From Lenisia limosa (taxonomy: Eukaryota; Protista; Breviatea): a stretch of DNA of 64,000 nt. Each line of letters starts with the position of its first letter. The stretch's first letter is position 1. The stretch lies in NCBI GenBank assembly GCA_001655205.1, contig LPNZ01007402.1:1-64000 (forward strand), given 5' to 3'. Of this stretch, positions 10,920-23,311 are shown in pieces. Made by a program: the position numbers and the translations under genes. The notes beneath the pieces are model-generated. The model was not told where the DNA came from and did not search any database. It saw only the letters and a list, made by a program, of their open reading frames with translations.

Positions 10920-13900
10920 CTAAGCAACATATGGGGGTGGGGGTCCATCCTCAAGAGCGGGTGCACTAAAATGATCAAATGATATCTTGGATAACAAAAG
11001 TGATAGACATAAATGGATAGTATAGAAATAAGAAATAACAAGACAAAAACAATATCTAGTAATATATACATCATAATCATGATATCATGTACTATTACTA
11101 TATCATTGTAAGGCAAACGAATGGGTGAATTAATATTATACTATAATCCAATATTTCTGATGGTGTGGACGGCTTCGGCCAGATAAAACCATATTTTTTT
11201 TATTTCGCATTGCTTTATCATATTGGCATTGCGGAATACCACATACACAACGAAATACCTTGGGATTTGAGGGTACAATGGGTTCTGCATTTGCTGGGGG
11301 ACTACGGGCGGTTGTGGCTGTTCATAGTTGGGCGGCGCATGGGACGGAGCGGCTGAGTTCACTATCACCTTAAATGTGACTTCACATATGAATTAAGGTT
11401 ATTTTTCTAGATCAAAATCAAATTATTGTCCCATAGATCTGCAGCCTTTTGGAAAGGATCATCTCAATAACGGGTGTTTATTTGGGCGGCTGTGTACCCG
11501 GGTACCTCAGTGGAGACCACAAGGTCATGGGCTGCATTCGGGGCATGGGGTCGCGACCGTACTCGGAAGAACCTCTTGCGCCGCACAATACTGAAATGGG
11601 TCAAGGTATGGAAGGTGGTAACTGAAAAGAATTACAAATGTGAGATCGAATGTTCCACTCTTTACCTAAATAAAGGACTCTACACTAACTACTGATATCA
11701 TCAACATATCTATGGTATGTGATACATATGCTATGATATCATCATTACAAAAGCCCAAGAGACCCACCTGTAAATGCGCTGTTTGCGTGTCCACCCGGTT
11801 CCCCATAAAGTTGAGTACTTCCATCCATCATCTGGGGGTCAGCGGTGAATATCATGTCATCCTTAAAATAACACGATAAAAAAAAGTGTCATACAGAGCA
11901 GCAAAATTGTTCCCATTACCCTCACCTCCATAATCCTCATCAAGAGTCCAAGTAGGAGAGTTCCATCGCCACCCTTTGGGCAGGGTGTCATCCATCATAT
12001 ACGGTCCGCCGTCTTCGTTTGAGTATTGCCTAAGAACAGGTTAGTTACAGGAGGACTTGGGTCCGAAGCAGACTGGGTAATATAAATATTAAAGAAGCTG
12101 GGATTGAAAAAGAGAAATTTAGAGGGGGAAAAAGCACAAGAAGGATGAACGCTTCTGAATGAAAAGGACAATGTCCCTCACCCTCTTTCCGTAAACAGCA
12201 GGTTCTTCTTTGAGAAGCCCTTGAGGGGAATCTTCCGTTCATTTTCGAACATCTCCTCAGTAACCTCAGTGGCCCCATTATCGGGGTCTGGCTTGTAATA
12301 GTCTGAAGTGTCAGTTCTCATGAGCTGTTTTTGAAAGAGGAAAAGGATATTCTATGAAGTGGTAAAAATAATCAGGTTTATCAAGAATACTGAAAGATAA
12401 TACTCTGTCTGTTACCCCCTCAATTCTCAAACCCAAACCCAACCAGGAGGAAGCTCCAAATTGATAGTGGATGACACAGTGAAGGGTTGTGGGACAACAG
12501 TCAGGTTGAAGGACTTGGATTTGTTGGTTGTGAACGTTGATGTGGACTGTAAGGTCAATCACTGATCACCTGAGCAACACTGCGATAGAACCCCCACTTA
12601 CACCCAACACAGTGACCATTTTAGTGCTGATGTTGATTTCGGGAAAGCTCCTGGAAGATTAATCTCACAAATCAAAAAGTAAAACAACTCAAAAGATACA
12701 AATCTTAACTTACAATGAAATTGGACAATTTTTGAACTGAAGGTGGGATATGAAGGCACTGATATCCTAAAGAGTAATAAAAACAGAAACAACTGGACAA
12801 AGCTGACACTTCCATCAGGTATAAAGGTGAAAATAATATCAAAAGGACAATCAATCGAAGCACTCACAGAGTCTGCTTTGAAGTTATCAGTGAAGCCAGC
12901 CATAGAACAGGAATAGGAAGGTTTAATGTTCCTCCATGAGCTGACCTATTCAAATGAATATTGCAACATGAGCAATCTGGGGATACTTCATTTGTGTGAA
13001 ATTAACAACAAAATACGTTCCAAAGGAATTCCCATGCCAACTGCTACGTCGTGGTTGTGCTTCAAACTAATAGTACTTGAACAGTGGACTTTCAACTGAT
13101 GGTGGTGTCACAAACGTACTAACAAAACTCAAAAACCTGCAAGATATACTATTTGGCATGACTACCCCATCCCCCACAGTGGCGTCAGAGCTTGTTGAAT
13201 TGATGATATCGAAACGAGAGGGTACGCTGTCATTGGGCCCTATAACCGCCCTCTCAACCATAGTGTGCAGTACAACTGCATGGTCATTTGGGTTTCTCAC
13301 ATTCCCAAAAAAATAGTAAACTGATACATATTTGACAATCTTTGATTATTGTTTCAAGGTTTTCCGGACCAATGGATATTGTGGATATAAAGCTTAAAGA
13401 TAAAGGCATCTGTGGGACAGTTTAGATCAATAAACTAATATAAACATTGACATGATGTATAGTATAATATGGTTGTGGTGACATTCCATGCCCACTGCTT
13501 CCCTTGATAAAGGTGTGTGTTTTTTTAGTGTTGTCAAAGAAAGGTTCGGGGGCTGGGACTGGGGGGCACATTAGCTCAACTCGGAATGGGTTGGACTTGA
13601 ATGATGGACTGTAAGTGTAACGAAAAATGAACTTATGTTGATCATTTGATCCCCTTCGTCAAAACAGCGTAAAAAGGAGCAATAAAGGAGAGTGACAATT
13701 GGGATGATAAATAACTCACGAGGCAATCTGGACACAGTAGGCTAGAGAGGCGTTGGCATTCTTCATTTTGCTCTGGAACTCAATTGGAGCTTCTGACACT
13801 ACAAAATGAACTCATATCGTAGAGAATCATTCATGGGCAATAATTTGAAATTTTGCCCTTTTATCTGATAGTTATCCAGCAAAGTTATCTGATAAAGGAT

Positions 13901-15452
13901 CAAATACGAGGTTGCTAGAGTTTCCCTCTGGTCCAAAAATACGGAATATCTCGATAAATCCTTGACCAATACGGATGTTCCCCAGTCGCAAGAATATACA
14001 TACATAATATATATTAATATTGTTTGACCAGTATAAAATATATTACATGGGATTCCTACGAGAGTAGTTGCGTGCGTTTGAAGGAACGTTGAGTTGGAAA
14101 TTCGTACATCCTTAAATAAGTCAAAAAGCGTTAATTATCCATTGTAGCTCATAAAAACTGACCCACAAACCGGTATTGATGAACAAATCCAAATGACTGC
14201 ATTGGACAACTTCTTGGGTGTTAATCAGAGCTTCTTTGGACAGAATCCACCGCACTTGGGAACCACATTTGGAACACTACAATTCAATAAACAAAAGTTA
14301 AATCCAAATAGAAAAGCTGTGAATCCCTTTATAATATTATCAAATATAACTCTAAATTTAAGATCCTAAACTCATATGTTTTCTTAGCACCCGGATCATC
14401 CCCAAACTTTAGGAACGGAGGCGGAAGATGTGGTGGTTACTGCAGGAGCTTTCTAGAAGAAGTAAATTGAATCATAAAGACCAAGCTCAATAATATCTAC
14501 CATACATTCCTAAAATACAAGGAATTGGCCATTACCACTGGAGGCAGTATTATTCGACCATCTTCGAACAAGGCTAATGCAGTCCATGCCACCCACCAAA
14601 CAAGGACATCTTCTCTTGCGCCCATCTCGATGATAATTCAGATCTCTACGTTTGCTATGACGACCTCCTTAACAGTCAAATCTTGATACTGATTCAGGCA
14701 CTAACCGTTAGAATGTGTGGTTATTGTGAGGTTGTTTGCGACTGATGTTGAAATGTCATCATCACTGACATCGCTTTCTGAGTCGCTACCCTCTAAGAAA
14801 TGTTAAAATGTAGAGCTTCTAGAAGTATTCCCTAATTTGTTATTAATCAGTCCATTATGGTATTACCCACTTGGAACTGATGCGCTGTAACTGGAATCAT
14901 TGAGATAGGGCCTGAAAAATGAATCAACTATCAATAATCATTGCAAAAGCATCAATAATTACAGAGACCCACCAAGACATGTCGACTTGGTACATGAGTA
15001 TAACTCTCCCATTGCATACCCGCACCCACCAAGACATGTCGACTTGGTACATGAGTATAACTCTCCCATTGAAGCCGGCCCCTTGGTTAGTGATCGTACC
15101 AACCACTTGATCTCCGGGGTAAGCGGTCTGAGCGGTTAAACAAAAATTGCTGTTTAGAGCAAAATGATTTCACGAGATAATATGCTGCTAAATGAGAAAA
15201 GCAATGATAATATTTTGTATAAACTCATAATGTAATACCAACTTGTAAAAAGTCGGAGTAAGCAAGAAAGCTAAATAAAAAAAACAGGTCAGTCATCCTA
15301 CTGTTTGATTCATTGCCCCCCCCCCCACCCCTACCAATTATATCAAGAATTTCAGCTGATGAAAAGCACAAATTCCCCCTTACATTAGTTGTGATATTTA
15401 ATAATGCGTTGATTGGCTTTGGACCAAGGTCTTCATTCGAAAGGTAAACCAT
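10920..15452 (-). CDS. Large multi-exon protein with C-terminal DysF (dysferlin/Pex24p-type) domain(s) and a Pro-rich PPPY tail; start uncertain (may extend to ~15800)
   Basis: Exons give LELPPGWVW, EEMFENERKIPLKGFSKKNLLFTER|QYSNEDGGPYMMDDTLPKGWRWNSPTWTLDEDYG and IVRRKRFFRVRSR, matching DysF signatures (E.+ENQR..P..GW...LL.TDR..+SD..G...LP.GW.W...W.+D; VRRRRW.R.R). Last exon APALEDGPPPPYVA*. Confidence 0.7.
11122..11190. repeat. Dispersed intronic repeat family C copy 1
   Basis: tgggtgaattaatatta..ataatccaatat..tgatggtgtggacggcttcggccagata; near-identical to 40242-40320. Confidence 0.75.
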
Positions 15453-15976
15453 TGGGAGGAGCTAAGTGGACGTAAATAGCAGATAAATGATAGACGTTGG
15501 ATGGGCACACCAAACAAATTGGGGAAAGCCCCAATTTTTTGTAAATGAGTACAACAGTGCTTTTTCATATGTGTGACCAGTGTGTGTGTGTGATGCTATT
15601 AGAGATGAAATAAAAGGATGGAGTAGAGGAGCCGTAGAAGTTTCACTAACCAATGGAATGGGTTGCTCGCTCGGTCGGTATTATTCTCTCCTCCTATCTC
15701 TTCACAAACTTTTACAAGTATTATTATAATATTTATGTCTTATAAATAATGGGGAGAACCAGAAGAGGCGAAGAAGAGGCCAAAAACTGCCGATTTCGAG
15801 CATATAGCATCAAAATTACTGGGGGATTTATACCAGTTTTTAAGCGAATTTTTTAATTTTTGCCAAATCACTCCATTTGTATAAGCTATTAATAAGTAGT
15901 AGACTGCCTGTATAGACTAATATCAAAACACTTCTTTGACTTCACTCAACCTTATTTTTTTCTCTTATTCGGCGTA

Positions 15977-17448
15977 ATGTCGGGTTCTAAGAGCACTTAT
16001 GACCATCTTATCAAGCTTTTGATCATTGGTGATTCAGGTACTGTCCTTTGAGAGAGTTCTTCTTGGCTAATTTCCCCTATTCTAGGTGTTGGAAAGTCTT
16101 GTCTGCTTCTTAGATTCTCAGACGATCAGTTTACCCCTTCTTTCATCACAACTATTGGGTACGCCGAGGGACACAACTTTGTTTTTTAATGAACACTATG
16201 TAACTCTCCCCTGTAGCATTGATTTCAAGATTCGTACAATTGACGTCGATGGAAAGAGAATTAAGCTTCAAATTGTAAGCTCTGACACCTTGTCCTCGCA
16301 TTTCTCCATTCCCTTCTTAACCTTCCTGGGTCCTTTCTCTCGAAATCAATTCTATTACACTATACAACTCTTCCCCAATGGCCAAATGTCAAAACCTGTT
16401 TTTCTTCATATCATTTCCTTATGTTCACTTTCACATCTGATTATTTTAGTGGGACACCGCAGGCCAGGTTGGTAAGGGGCCATTTTACTCCTTGTGTGTT
16501 GATAAAGAAATTATATTGTATTGATGCCACTTTCTACCCCGTCTGATTTTGGTTTAGGAACGCTTCAGGACAATCACATCAGGTAAGAATGTACAGTCTG
16601 TTGTTCTTGACCAAGTTTTCTTTTCCTTTACCGAGATATTTTAACTACTGTATTAACATTGTAGCATATTATCGTGGAGCAATGGGAATTCTTCTTGTCT
16701 ATGATGTCACCTGCAGAAGATCTTTTGAGAGTACGTTATAATACATCAGCATTTATGTCGAGATCGGAATCAACCCCCTTCACCCTTCACCCTGTAGATA
16801 TCCGTGGATGGATTCGTAATATTGAAACCCATGCTAATGAGAATGTTAACAAATTACTGGCTGGAACCAAGTGTGATCTCACAGACAAAAAGGTAAAGCT
16901 GGATTATTGAAGTTTTTTTTTTTTTTTTTTTCTNNNNNNNNNNNNNNNNNNNNNNNNNNNNNNNNNNNNNNNNNNNNNNNNNNNNNNNNNNNNNNNNNNN
17001 NNNNNNNNNNNNNNNNNNNNNNNNNNNNNNNNNNNNNNNNNNNNNNNNNNNNNNNNNNNNNNNNNNNNNNNNNNNNNNNNNNNNNNNNNNNNNNNNNNNN
17101 NNNNNNNNNNNNNNNNNNNNNNNNNNNNNNNNNNNNNNNNNNNNNNNNNNNNNNNNNNNNNNNNNNNNNNNNNNNNNNNNNNNNNNNNNNNNNNNNNNNN
17201 NNNNNNNNNNNNNNNNAGGACAACGTCGATAATGCTTTCTTTACCTTGGCAAAGGCCATCAAGGAACGGATGATTGACTCGGAACAAAATGACAAGGTTT
17301 GCGTTAATCCTGTAATCACACATTGGTTTTCTTTAATTTCATGATTTTATTTCTTATTGTTTGAATTGACATGGTCTAGGTGGCAGATAAGCCAAGTTTA
17401 GACGTGACGCAGAAGCCTGCAGGCAAGAAAAATGGCTGCAAGTGCTAA
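15977..17448 (+). CDS. RAB8: Rab8/Sec4-family small GTPase (one exon hidden in the gap)
   Basis: [93 protein letters not shown]...LLAGTKCDL...[17 protein letters not shown]...GCKC*. All introns are GT-AG; C-terminal CXC prenylation motif. Confidence 0.95.
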
Positions 17449-17746
17449 CCGATGTGTGTTTTTGAGTGTTCTTTCCTGTTCTTTATGTAATACAGTTTTC
17501 TTTTTCTAGTCTAGTCAGAGATATGAATGAAATCAAGTAGCCAATGAGCTGAGTAGTTAGTCAATTAATCAAAAGAGTCAATTAAGGTTAAATGAAACTT
17601 GAATGAAACTGAGTCAGGATATGAACGCCAGGCGCAAAATTTGCGCTATTTTCCGTTCGAGTTTTTTTTTTTCTCGGCCTCTTTTTTTACTAATACGAAC
17701 CAGAATTCAGTGTATTAATTGTATTTATTGAGCTTGATTCAACAAA

Positions 17747-18639
17747 ATGGCGAAGCATCGTTAGTGACTCTTCTCTTTTAGCTGTTTTAACTCCGCTTTA
17801 GATCCCGATCTTATTATGTGCCGTAAGCAGCCAGGAATTGGTAGGGTTTGGAGTGATGACAGCTTCTCTCTGTCTTGATTGTCTAATATTTTGTAGCTGT
17901 TGGCCGCTTATGCGAGAAGTGTGATGGCAAATGCGTTATTTGTGATTCTTACGTGCGTCCTACGCTTCTTGTTCGTGTCTGTGACGAATGCAACTTTGGT
18001 GCCTCTCAAGGTGAGATCTCTTGCCTTTCTTAACCCTCTCTCCTCCTGCCATTTAACTAACTTTTTTTAGGAAGATGTGTCGTTTGTGGAGCCCCTGGTA
18101 TTTCAGATGCGTACTACTGCAAAGAGTGTACTCAACTAGAAAAAGACGTTTGAGGGGATTCATAGGGATTGATAGTTCTCATCTAAAGGTTAACCTTGAA
18201 AGTAAGATAAAAAGGAAATGACCAATGACATAAAGATTATGTTGAATTTCTGGTTCTGTTCTGCCCCTTTGCAAGAAGACCTGTTGTTTTTCTTGAAATT
18301 TTTATTAACCACTTGCGCTGCTGCTTATGTCCTCTCTACTGTGTTTCTTGTAATTCTAAGTGATGTTATTTTCTTTATTCAGGAGACTTGATAAGACTTA
18401 TCCACTTAGTTAATTTTCAAGGGCTTTTCTTTGGACTTTGTTTTGTTGTTCCCAATCCTTGTGTTGTCAGTTAACAGAGTCCCCCCCCCCCCCTTTTTTT
18501 TTTTTNNNNNNNNNNNNNNNNNNNNNNNNNNNNNNNNNNNNNNNNNNNNNNNNNNNNNNNNNNNNNNNNNNNNNNNNNGAATCTGGGTACATCTCGAGCG
18601 GATATGTTCTATGAAAGGAAAAAGTGGGGCAAAAAGTAG
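17747..18639 (+). CDS. PHF5A: SF3b splicing factor PHF5A/Rds3
   Basis: [81 protein letters not shown]|(gap)[19 protein letters not shown]. Confidence 0.97.
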
Positions 18640-18825
18640 TTAGTTTCTGTGCAATTATGTGTTTCTCTCTCTCTGTATTCAGGATAATACAGGCTCTATG
18701 TTTCTAACCAACTAATGGCCTTTTTTTTTTTTTTTTTTTTTNNNNNNNNNNNNNNNNNNNNNNNNNNNNNNNNNAAAAACTAGGAAACAAACGGGAAACA
18801 ATTTTTTTAAAAAAATACCATAGAA

Positions 18826-21408
18826 TTAGAGTTCATCACAAATGCGAAGGCCAACAAGACAACTGTCTGAGATGATGGGGTTGGGGTGCTTACTGGTTCT
18901 CTAAACAGTTGATGTACAACTTGGCAGTGGAGATAAACACTGTTCTAGAAGCTTCTATACCTTGAGACACTCAACGCATTTGACTCGATCATCACCAAGA
19001 GAGCAATCAGCAACACTGCCAAGGCTAACCGCACACTGTTAACGTGAAATCACATTCTTCTCAAGCCTCAATTCAATTACATTTTTTATCTTGATATTAC
19101 ATATTTTTAGGTTGGTTCACAAAACAAACCTCGTGACGGGAAACAGGGTGTTCATCAGGATCTTCAACCGCCTAAATAAAGTAAAAAAAAAATAGGTCTT
19201 CCAATGTGAATTGACATGTCACCAGCGAGCTTTGCCAACCTTTATAAGAACGTCTGCAGTCTCAGAGTTGGCCATCTGAGAGGGTAATAAACGGCCTACA
19301 CTATCCCAAAATTTAATCAGACACTAAAAAAGAACCACAAACCTGACCCATAACAAAAGCCAACTCATGACGGTACAAGGGGTCGTCACCCACAGGGCTA
19401 CGACCAAGCTCAGTAATCAAAGCCTAAAGTGTAATCAAAAAACAATGCTGATAATATTTTAATTGAACTTACCTGTGTCGCTTCTCTGGTATTGATATTT
19501 CTCAAGGCAAAGAGGGCTTCAAAACGCTATATGGTCATTCTTAAAATGGTGTATTGAACATAAATCAGATTATCTCTTGTTCCAATCGTCTCACTGTGAG
19601 ACAATGGGGTTTTTGACTAGTTTCAGTAACATTTATGCTGAAAATGCCTAAAAATGGTTTTGCACGATTTCACAGATTTACAAAAATAATTATTTGGCAC
19701 AAGTTCAACCACTATTTACCTTAAATAGACGGTAAAATGCCCAAAAAAAACACCCCAAAAAGACCAAAATTTCAGCCCGATTGAATTGGTACACTCGATT
19801 TTTTTATTTCCAAATGCGGTAGTTTTATCGGCCGGGCGTATATTGTAATCCTTATTAGGAAGGTTGGTTTTGAGAGTACCATTATCAAAAAATTGGTCAA
19901 TGTTTTCAAGGAATTTGGAACTACTGGTCAACTTTGACAATGACAAAGTTGTTTTTTTTCTTTTTTCTTAAAGCCATAGTTATTCTGTTAAGGCAGTTCA
20001 AAAGCTACGCAAAAAAAAGTGCCTTTAGATTGCTTTAAGACCAAAATCAGCAAAAGTTATCCTATTTTTAACAAAAAAAAAATACCTGTCTCAAAAAGAC
20101 ACTTGGGCCCCAAGGGATAGCTTACATCATAAGTTCTGCCTTCTCTGTTGATCAAGCAAGCTTCCAACTCAGCAATAGATCTGAGTAGTCAACCATGAAC
20201 AGTTCCAAAAAACTGTCAAGGTATTTATGTATTGTAATTGTAAAATTTGGTTAGAAAAGACAAACAAGTCTGAACAAACAGGTTCCCTCACCTTCCTTTT
20301 TTGACTGCGGGTGTGGGATCAACTGATGTGAAGATGGTGTTAATATCGTTTCCTCCATTGGCAGCAGTTACCGGGTTAGCTAAATAAATGATTATATTTA
20401 GGGCTTCCTTCTGGTCCGAAAATGCCCGGTAAAATATCGATATTTATCAAGGATTTATCGAGATATTCAGTCTTTTTTGGGACCATAGGAAAGCCCCAAT
20501 TATAGTAGATGATATGGTATGTAATCTATCTCATATTATAATTTTTCCTGAATTCAGTGGTGAGAGAAAAGCAATCAAGGTAAAGTAAAACCCTACCCTT
20601 TCTAATGCGCTCAGCAGACACAAGGCAGGTTGTGAGTACAAGATCTGGTCAATTAGTCAGCTTTAACCTGACCACTTTATACTCCTTCAAGTTAACTAAC
20701 TTGGTAGACCGTCACAAGAAAAATCGCTGTAATTTGATGTTGTGAACTCTAATAACAGACGGGCCTTGAAATGATTCATACAATATTGTAACACTCACCA
20801 CTCACCAGGAGTAGGTGCAACAGAGTACTTATCAAGCATGTCGAGGGTTTCAACGGCTCCAATAGCTCCAAGTGCCTCTGCTGCCTAAGCAATCACATCA
20901 CAGGAAAATATGTTACATTTTTGGCCACAGCTACAAATACAATTAAAATATTATATATCATATATATGTACTAGTGAGAATTTTGATTTATCTTGATACC
21001 ACCAAACCTCATGGCGAACAACATCATTTTCACTGTTGTTATCAAGACACTCACTAAGTTATATTAGAACTGATCCTCAACATTATCCAAATAGCAACTT
21101 CAAAGCATACCAGAGAGTTTTAATAGCCCGACTATCTCCCATCTGTCCACATATGTACGCAGCCTCATGCCTGAAGATGACTTCATTTCCGATATCGGTT
21201 AAGAGAGCTGCATGATTAGATACATTAAAGCCAGCCTACTATTGCAAAGAGCATCGACAGCGTGCTCAGATTTCTCCTGTAGAAGTCTAAAGAGATTGTG
21301 ACAACGTGTGGCTACCCCAGCCTGAGGGTCGATCAAGGTCTGACAGTCTTCAAGACTGAGGGCCCCAACTTTTTTCTCTAGGATGACTTTAATTAAATCA
21401 TCTACCAT
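18826..21408 (-). CDS. DOHH: Deoxyhypusine hydroxylase
   Basis: HEAT-like repeats with all four His-Glu iron-binding motifs (FRHEAAYICGQM, VRHEAAEALGAI, YRHELAFVMGQM, SRHECAVSLGSV), plus TSVDPTP, YDRFEALFALRN and a C-terminal DSCLVGL. Confidence 0.93.
20399..20498. mobile_element. MITE-like family A copy (diverged), in a DOHH intron
   Basis: tagggcttccttctggtcc...aatatcgatatttatcaaggatttatcgagatattcagtc...ggaaagcccca; same termini and core as 26655-26744 and 50334-50432. Confidence 0.75.
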
Positions 21409-21660
21409 GATGAGCAGTAAAAAAGAGGCAGAAACTGGCGAGGAGGGGGTGAAAAGGCATTTTGGATCTGACGATCGATAACCTAATACAATAATTATTG
21501 CGCAGCTGAATCGGCCTCTTTGTCTTGAAGTATATTGTTTCTTAAATTGTGTTGTTGTTAACCACATATACGGCTACCTCTTAGTGACTCTCTATCTGTG
21601 AACCTTGTTTCTCTTGAATGTAGCCGGCCTCTCAGCCCACTCTTTGGAAATCTAGCTCCA

Positions 21661-22062
21661 ATGGCACATATATGTAATCAAGGCAGGCTGGATCCACCTC
21701 CTTTCGCAGCCCCTGTCAATATCTTCCCTCGATCTGCCACTGGAAATGTCAATAAGACTTTAATATGGGGTGAGTTTATCTTCAAGTATGAATATGGTTG
21801 ACCAAAATAGGACTAGTTTTAATTGCTTTCTCTGCATTCCTCTTTGTGATTGGAGGGTATGCAATTATTGTAAGCAAGCTCATGCCAGACACCGGCAATG
21901 CAGTCTTAGATTATCTTAAGGTTGACAGGTTAGTTGATAATTGTAATTTTTGATTCTTAAACACTTAGATACTATGTTATAGCCATAGCTGCCTTGATGC
22001 CCATGTACTTTCAATATTGCCACGTTTACTGGGTTTGTCTAAAACTGTTTCGGCATGCTTGA
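21661..22062 (+). CDS. PIGY: GPI-GlcNAc transferase subunit Y (start uncertain)
   Basis: Spliced ...LIWGLVLIAFSAFLFVIGGYAIIVSKLMPDTGNAVLDYLKVDRYYVIAIAALMPMYFQYCHVYWVCLKLFRHA* matches the PIG-Y pattern (Y..+VSKL+P...N.+L..+..D.YY...P......W+..KLF+HA). Confidence 0.8.
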
Positions 22063-22251
22063 TGCCTCTTCTGGGAGTTATGGTATGTTTTGAGGGTGTA
22101 GGATGATGTTGTACGAGAGCTGTGTGGCCTTTCTAATGAGTGATTAGTCGTGATTTTGATGTATTTGTTGTAATATTCACAGCAGATATAAATAGCAATA
22201 ACGGTTAAACCTGTACTGAGTATTGATTATGTATGAATTGAAAAAAAATTG

Positions 22252-22331
22252 TGTTTTGGGAAATTGAAGGTTGGTGTTAAAAAACACCGTTGTGGTAAAA
22301 GGAAACACATAAATGGGAATCCGAAAAAGAG
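22252..22331 (-). promoter_or_regulatory. H2A 3' UTR conserved 80-nt element containing a histone-type stem-loop (22273-22288)
   Basis: 76/80 identical to 23312-23391; hairpin GGUGUU-UUUU-AACACC about 68 nt after the stop codon. Confidence 0.8.
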
Positions 22332-22356
22332 CTGATTAGATCAACAAAGGGAGAAT

Positions 22357-22731
22357 TTACTCCTCGGTGACCTTCTTCTTCTTGGGGAGAAGCTCGGGGC
22401 GAAGGTTGGGGAGGACACCACCCTGGGCAATGGTAACACCGGTGAGGAGCTTCTTGAGTTCGTCATCAGTGCGGACGGCAAGCTGGATGTGGCGGGGAGT
22501 GATGCGGTGCTTCTTGTTGTCGTTGCAAGCGTTACCGGCGAGCTCGAGAACCTCAGAGGTAAGGTACTCAAGGACGGCAGTGAGGTAAAGAGCGGCACCG
22601 TTGCCGACGCGCTTGGCGATGCGGGCGTTTCTCATGTAGCGTTGGACGCGAGAGATGGGGAAGATCAGACCAGCACGGGCGGAGCGAGACTGGGAAGCAG
22701 CTTTCTTAGCGGGGGCCTTACGGGGAGCCAT
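22357..22731 (-). CDS. H2A: Histone H2A, intronless
   Basis: [34 protein letters not shown]...[45 protein letters not shown]...[24 protein letters not shown]; strong C-ending codon bias. Confidence 0.98.
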   Translation of the reverse strand: MAPRKAPAKKAASQSRSARAGLIFPISRVQRYMRNARIAKRVGNGAALYLTAVLEYLTSEVLELAGNACNDNKKHRITPRHIQLAVRTDDELKKLLTGVTIAQGGVLPNLRPELLPKKKKVTEE

Positions 22732-22827
22732 ATTTAATAATAAATGAAGTGAAAATAATTTGGTGAACAAATTTATTTATAGTTTTTTTACTACCCGTAA
22801 ATTACAAGATAAAATACCCAACTATCG

Positions 22828-22853
22828 TTTGGCGCCAAATATTTGGCGCGAAA
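22828..22853. promoter_or_regulatory. Tandem palindromic E2F-type sites in the bidirectional H2A/H2B promoter
   Basis: TTTGGCGCCAAA-TA-TTTGGCGCGAAA gives four matches to TTTSSCGC across both strands, roughly midway between the two ATGs. Confidence 0.65.
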
Positions 22854-22949
22854 TGACTCTTAGAACATTTATCTTGTAATATACGGAGTAGTGAAAAAAC
22901 TATTTAAAAAATGTTTCTGAGTTGTTTTACTCATTCGAATTTATTCAAA

Positions 22950-23285
22950 ATGGTTAAAGCTGCCGATTCCGTTGAAAAGAAGACCTCTCGCTCTGTCAAG
23001 CGTACCGAGACCTACAACCGCTTCATCTTCAAGGTGCTCAAGCAGGTTCACAAGGACACTGGTATCAACACCCGCGCCATGGCTATCATGAACTCTTTCG
23101 TCCACGATATGTTCGACCGCATCGCCACCGAGGCCGCTTTCCTTGCTCGTCGTACCCGCAAGTCTACCGTCACCTCTCACGAGATCATGACCGCCGTCAA
23201 GCTTATCCTCCCCGGTGACCTTGCCAACCACGCCATCTCCGAGGCCCACCGTGCTCTCAACAAGTACACTTCCTCTTCCGCTTAA
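22950..23285 (+). CDS. H2B: Histone H2B, intronless
   Basis: [62 protein letters not shown]...[30 protein letters not shown]. Confidence 0.98.
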   Translation: MVKAADSVEKKTSRSVKRTETYNRFIFKVLKQVHKDTGINTRAMAIMNSFVHDMFDRIATEAAFLARRTRKSTVTSHEIMTAVKLILPGDLANHAISEAHRALNKYTSSSA

Positions 23286-23311
23286 GTTCGCTTTTGCGCT
23301 GGGCGTCCGCC

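Noticed and set aside
16879-17344. Long ORFs in the supplied track spanning X runs (also 5670-5981, 6695-7469, 43035-43717, 50615-51010, 61161-61450)
   Set aside because: They are artefacts of translating through N gaps.
19527-19529. Apparent in-frame TAG just before RFEALFALRN in DOHH
   Set aside because: It is the 3' splice site of a ~600-nt intron; the upstream exon ends ...RTYD in phase 0 and restores YDRFEALF.
19580-20110. Possible decayed ~520-bp TIR element filling the long DOHH intron (gtctca...tgagac motifs at both ends)
   Set aside because: The terminal match is too short and gapped to support, and there is no second copy in the window.
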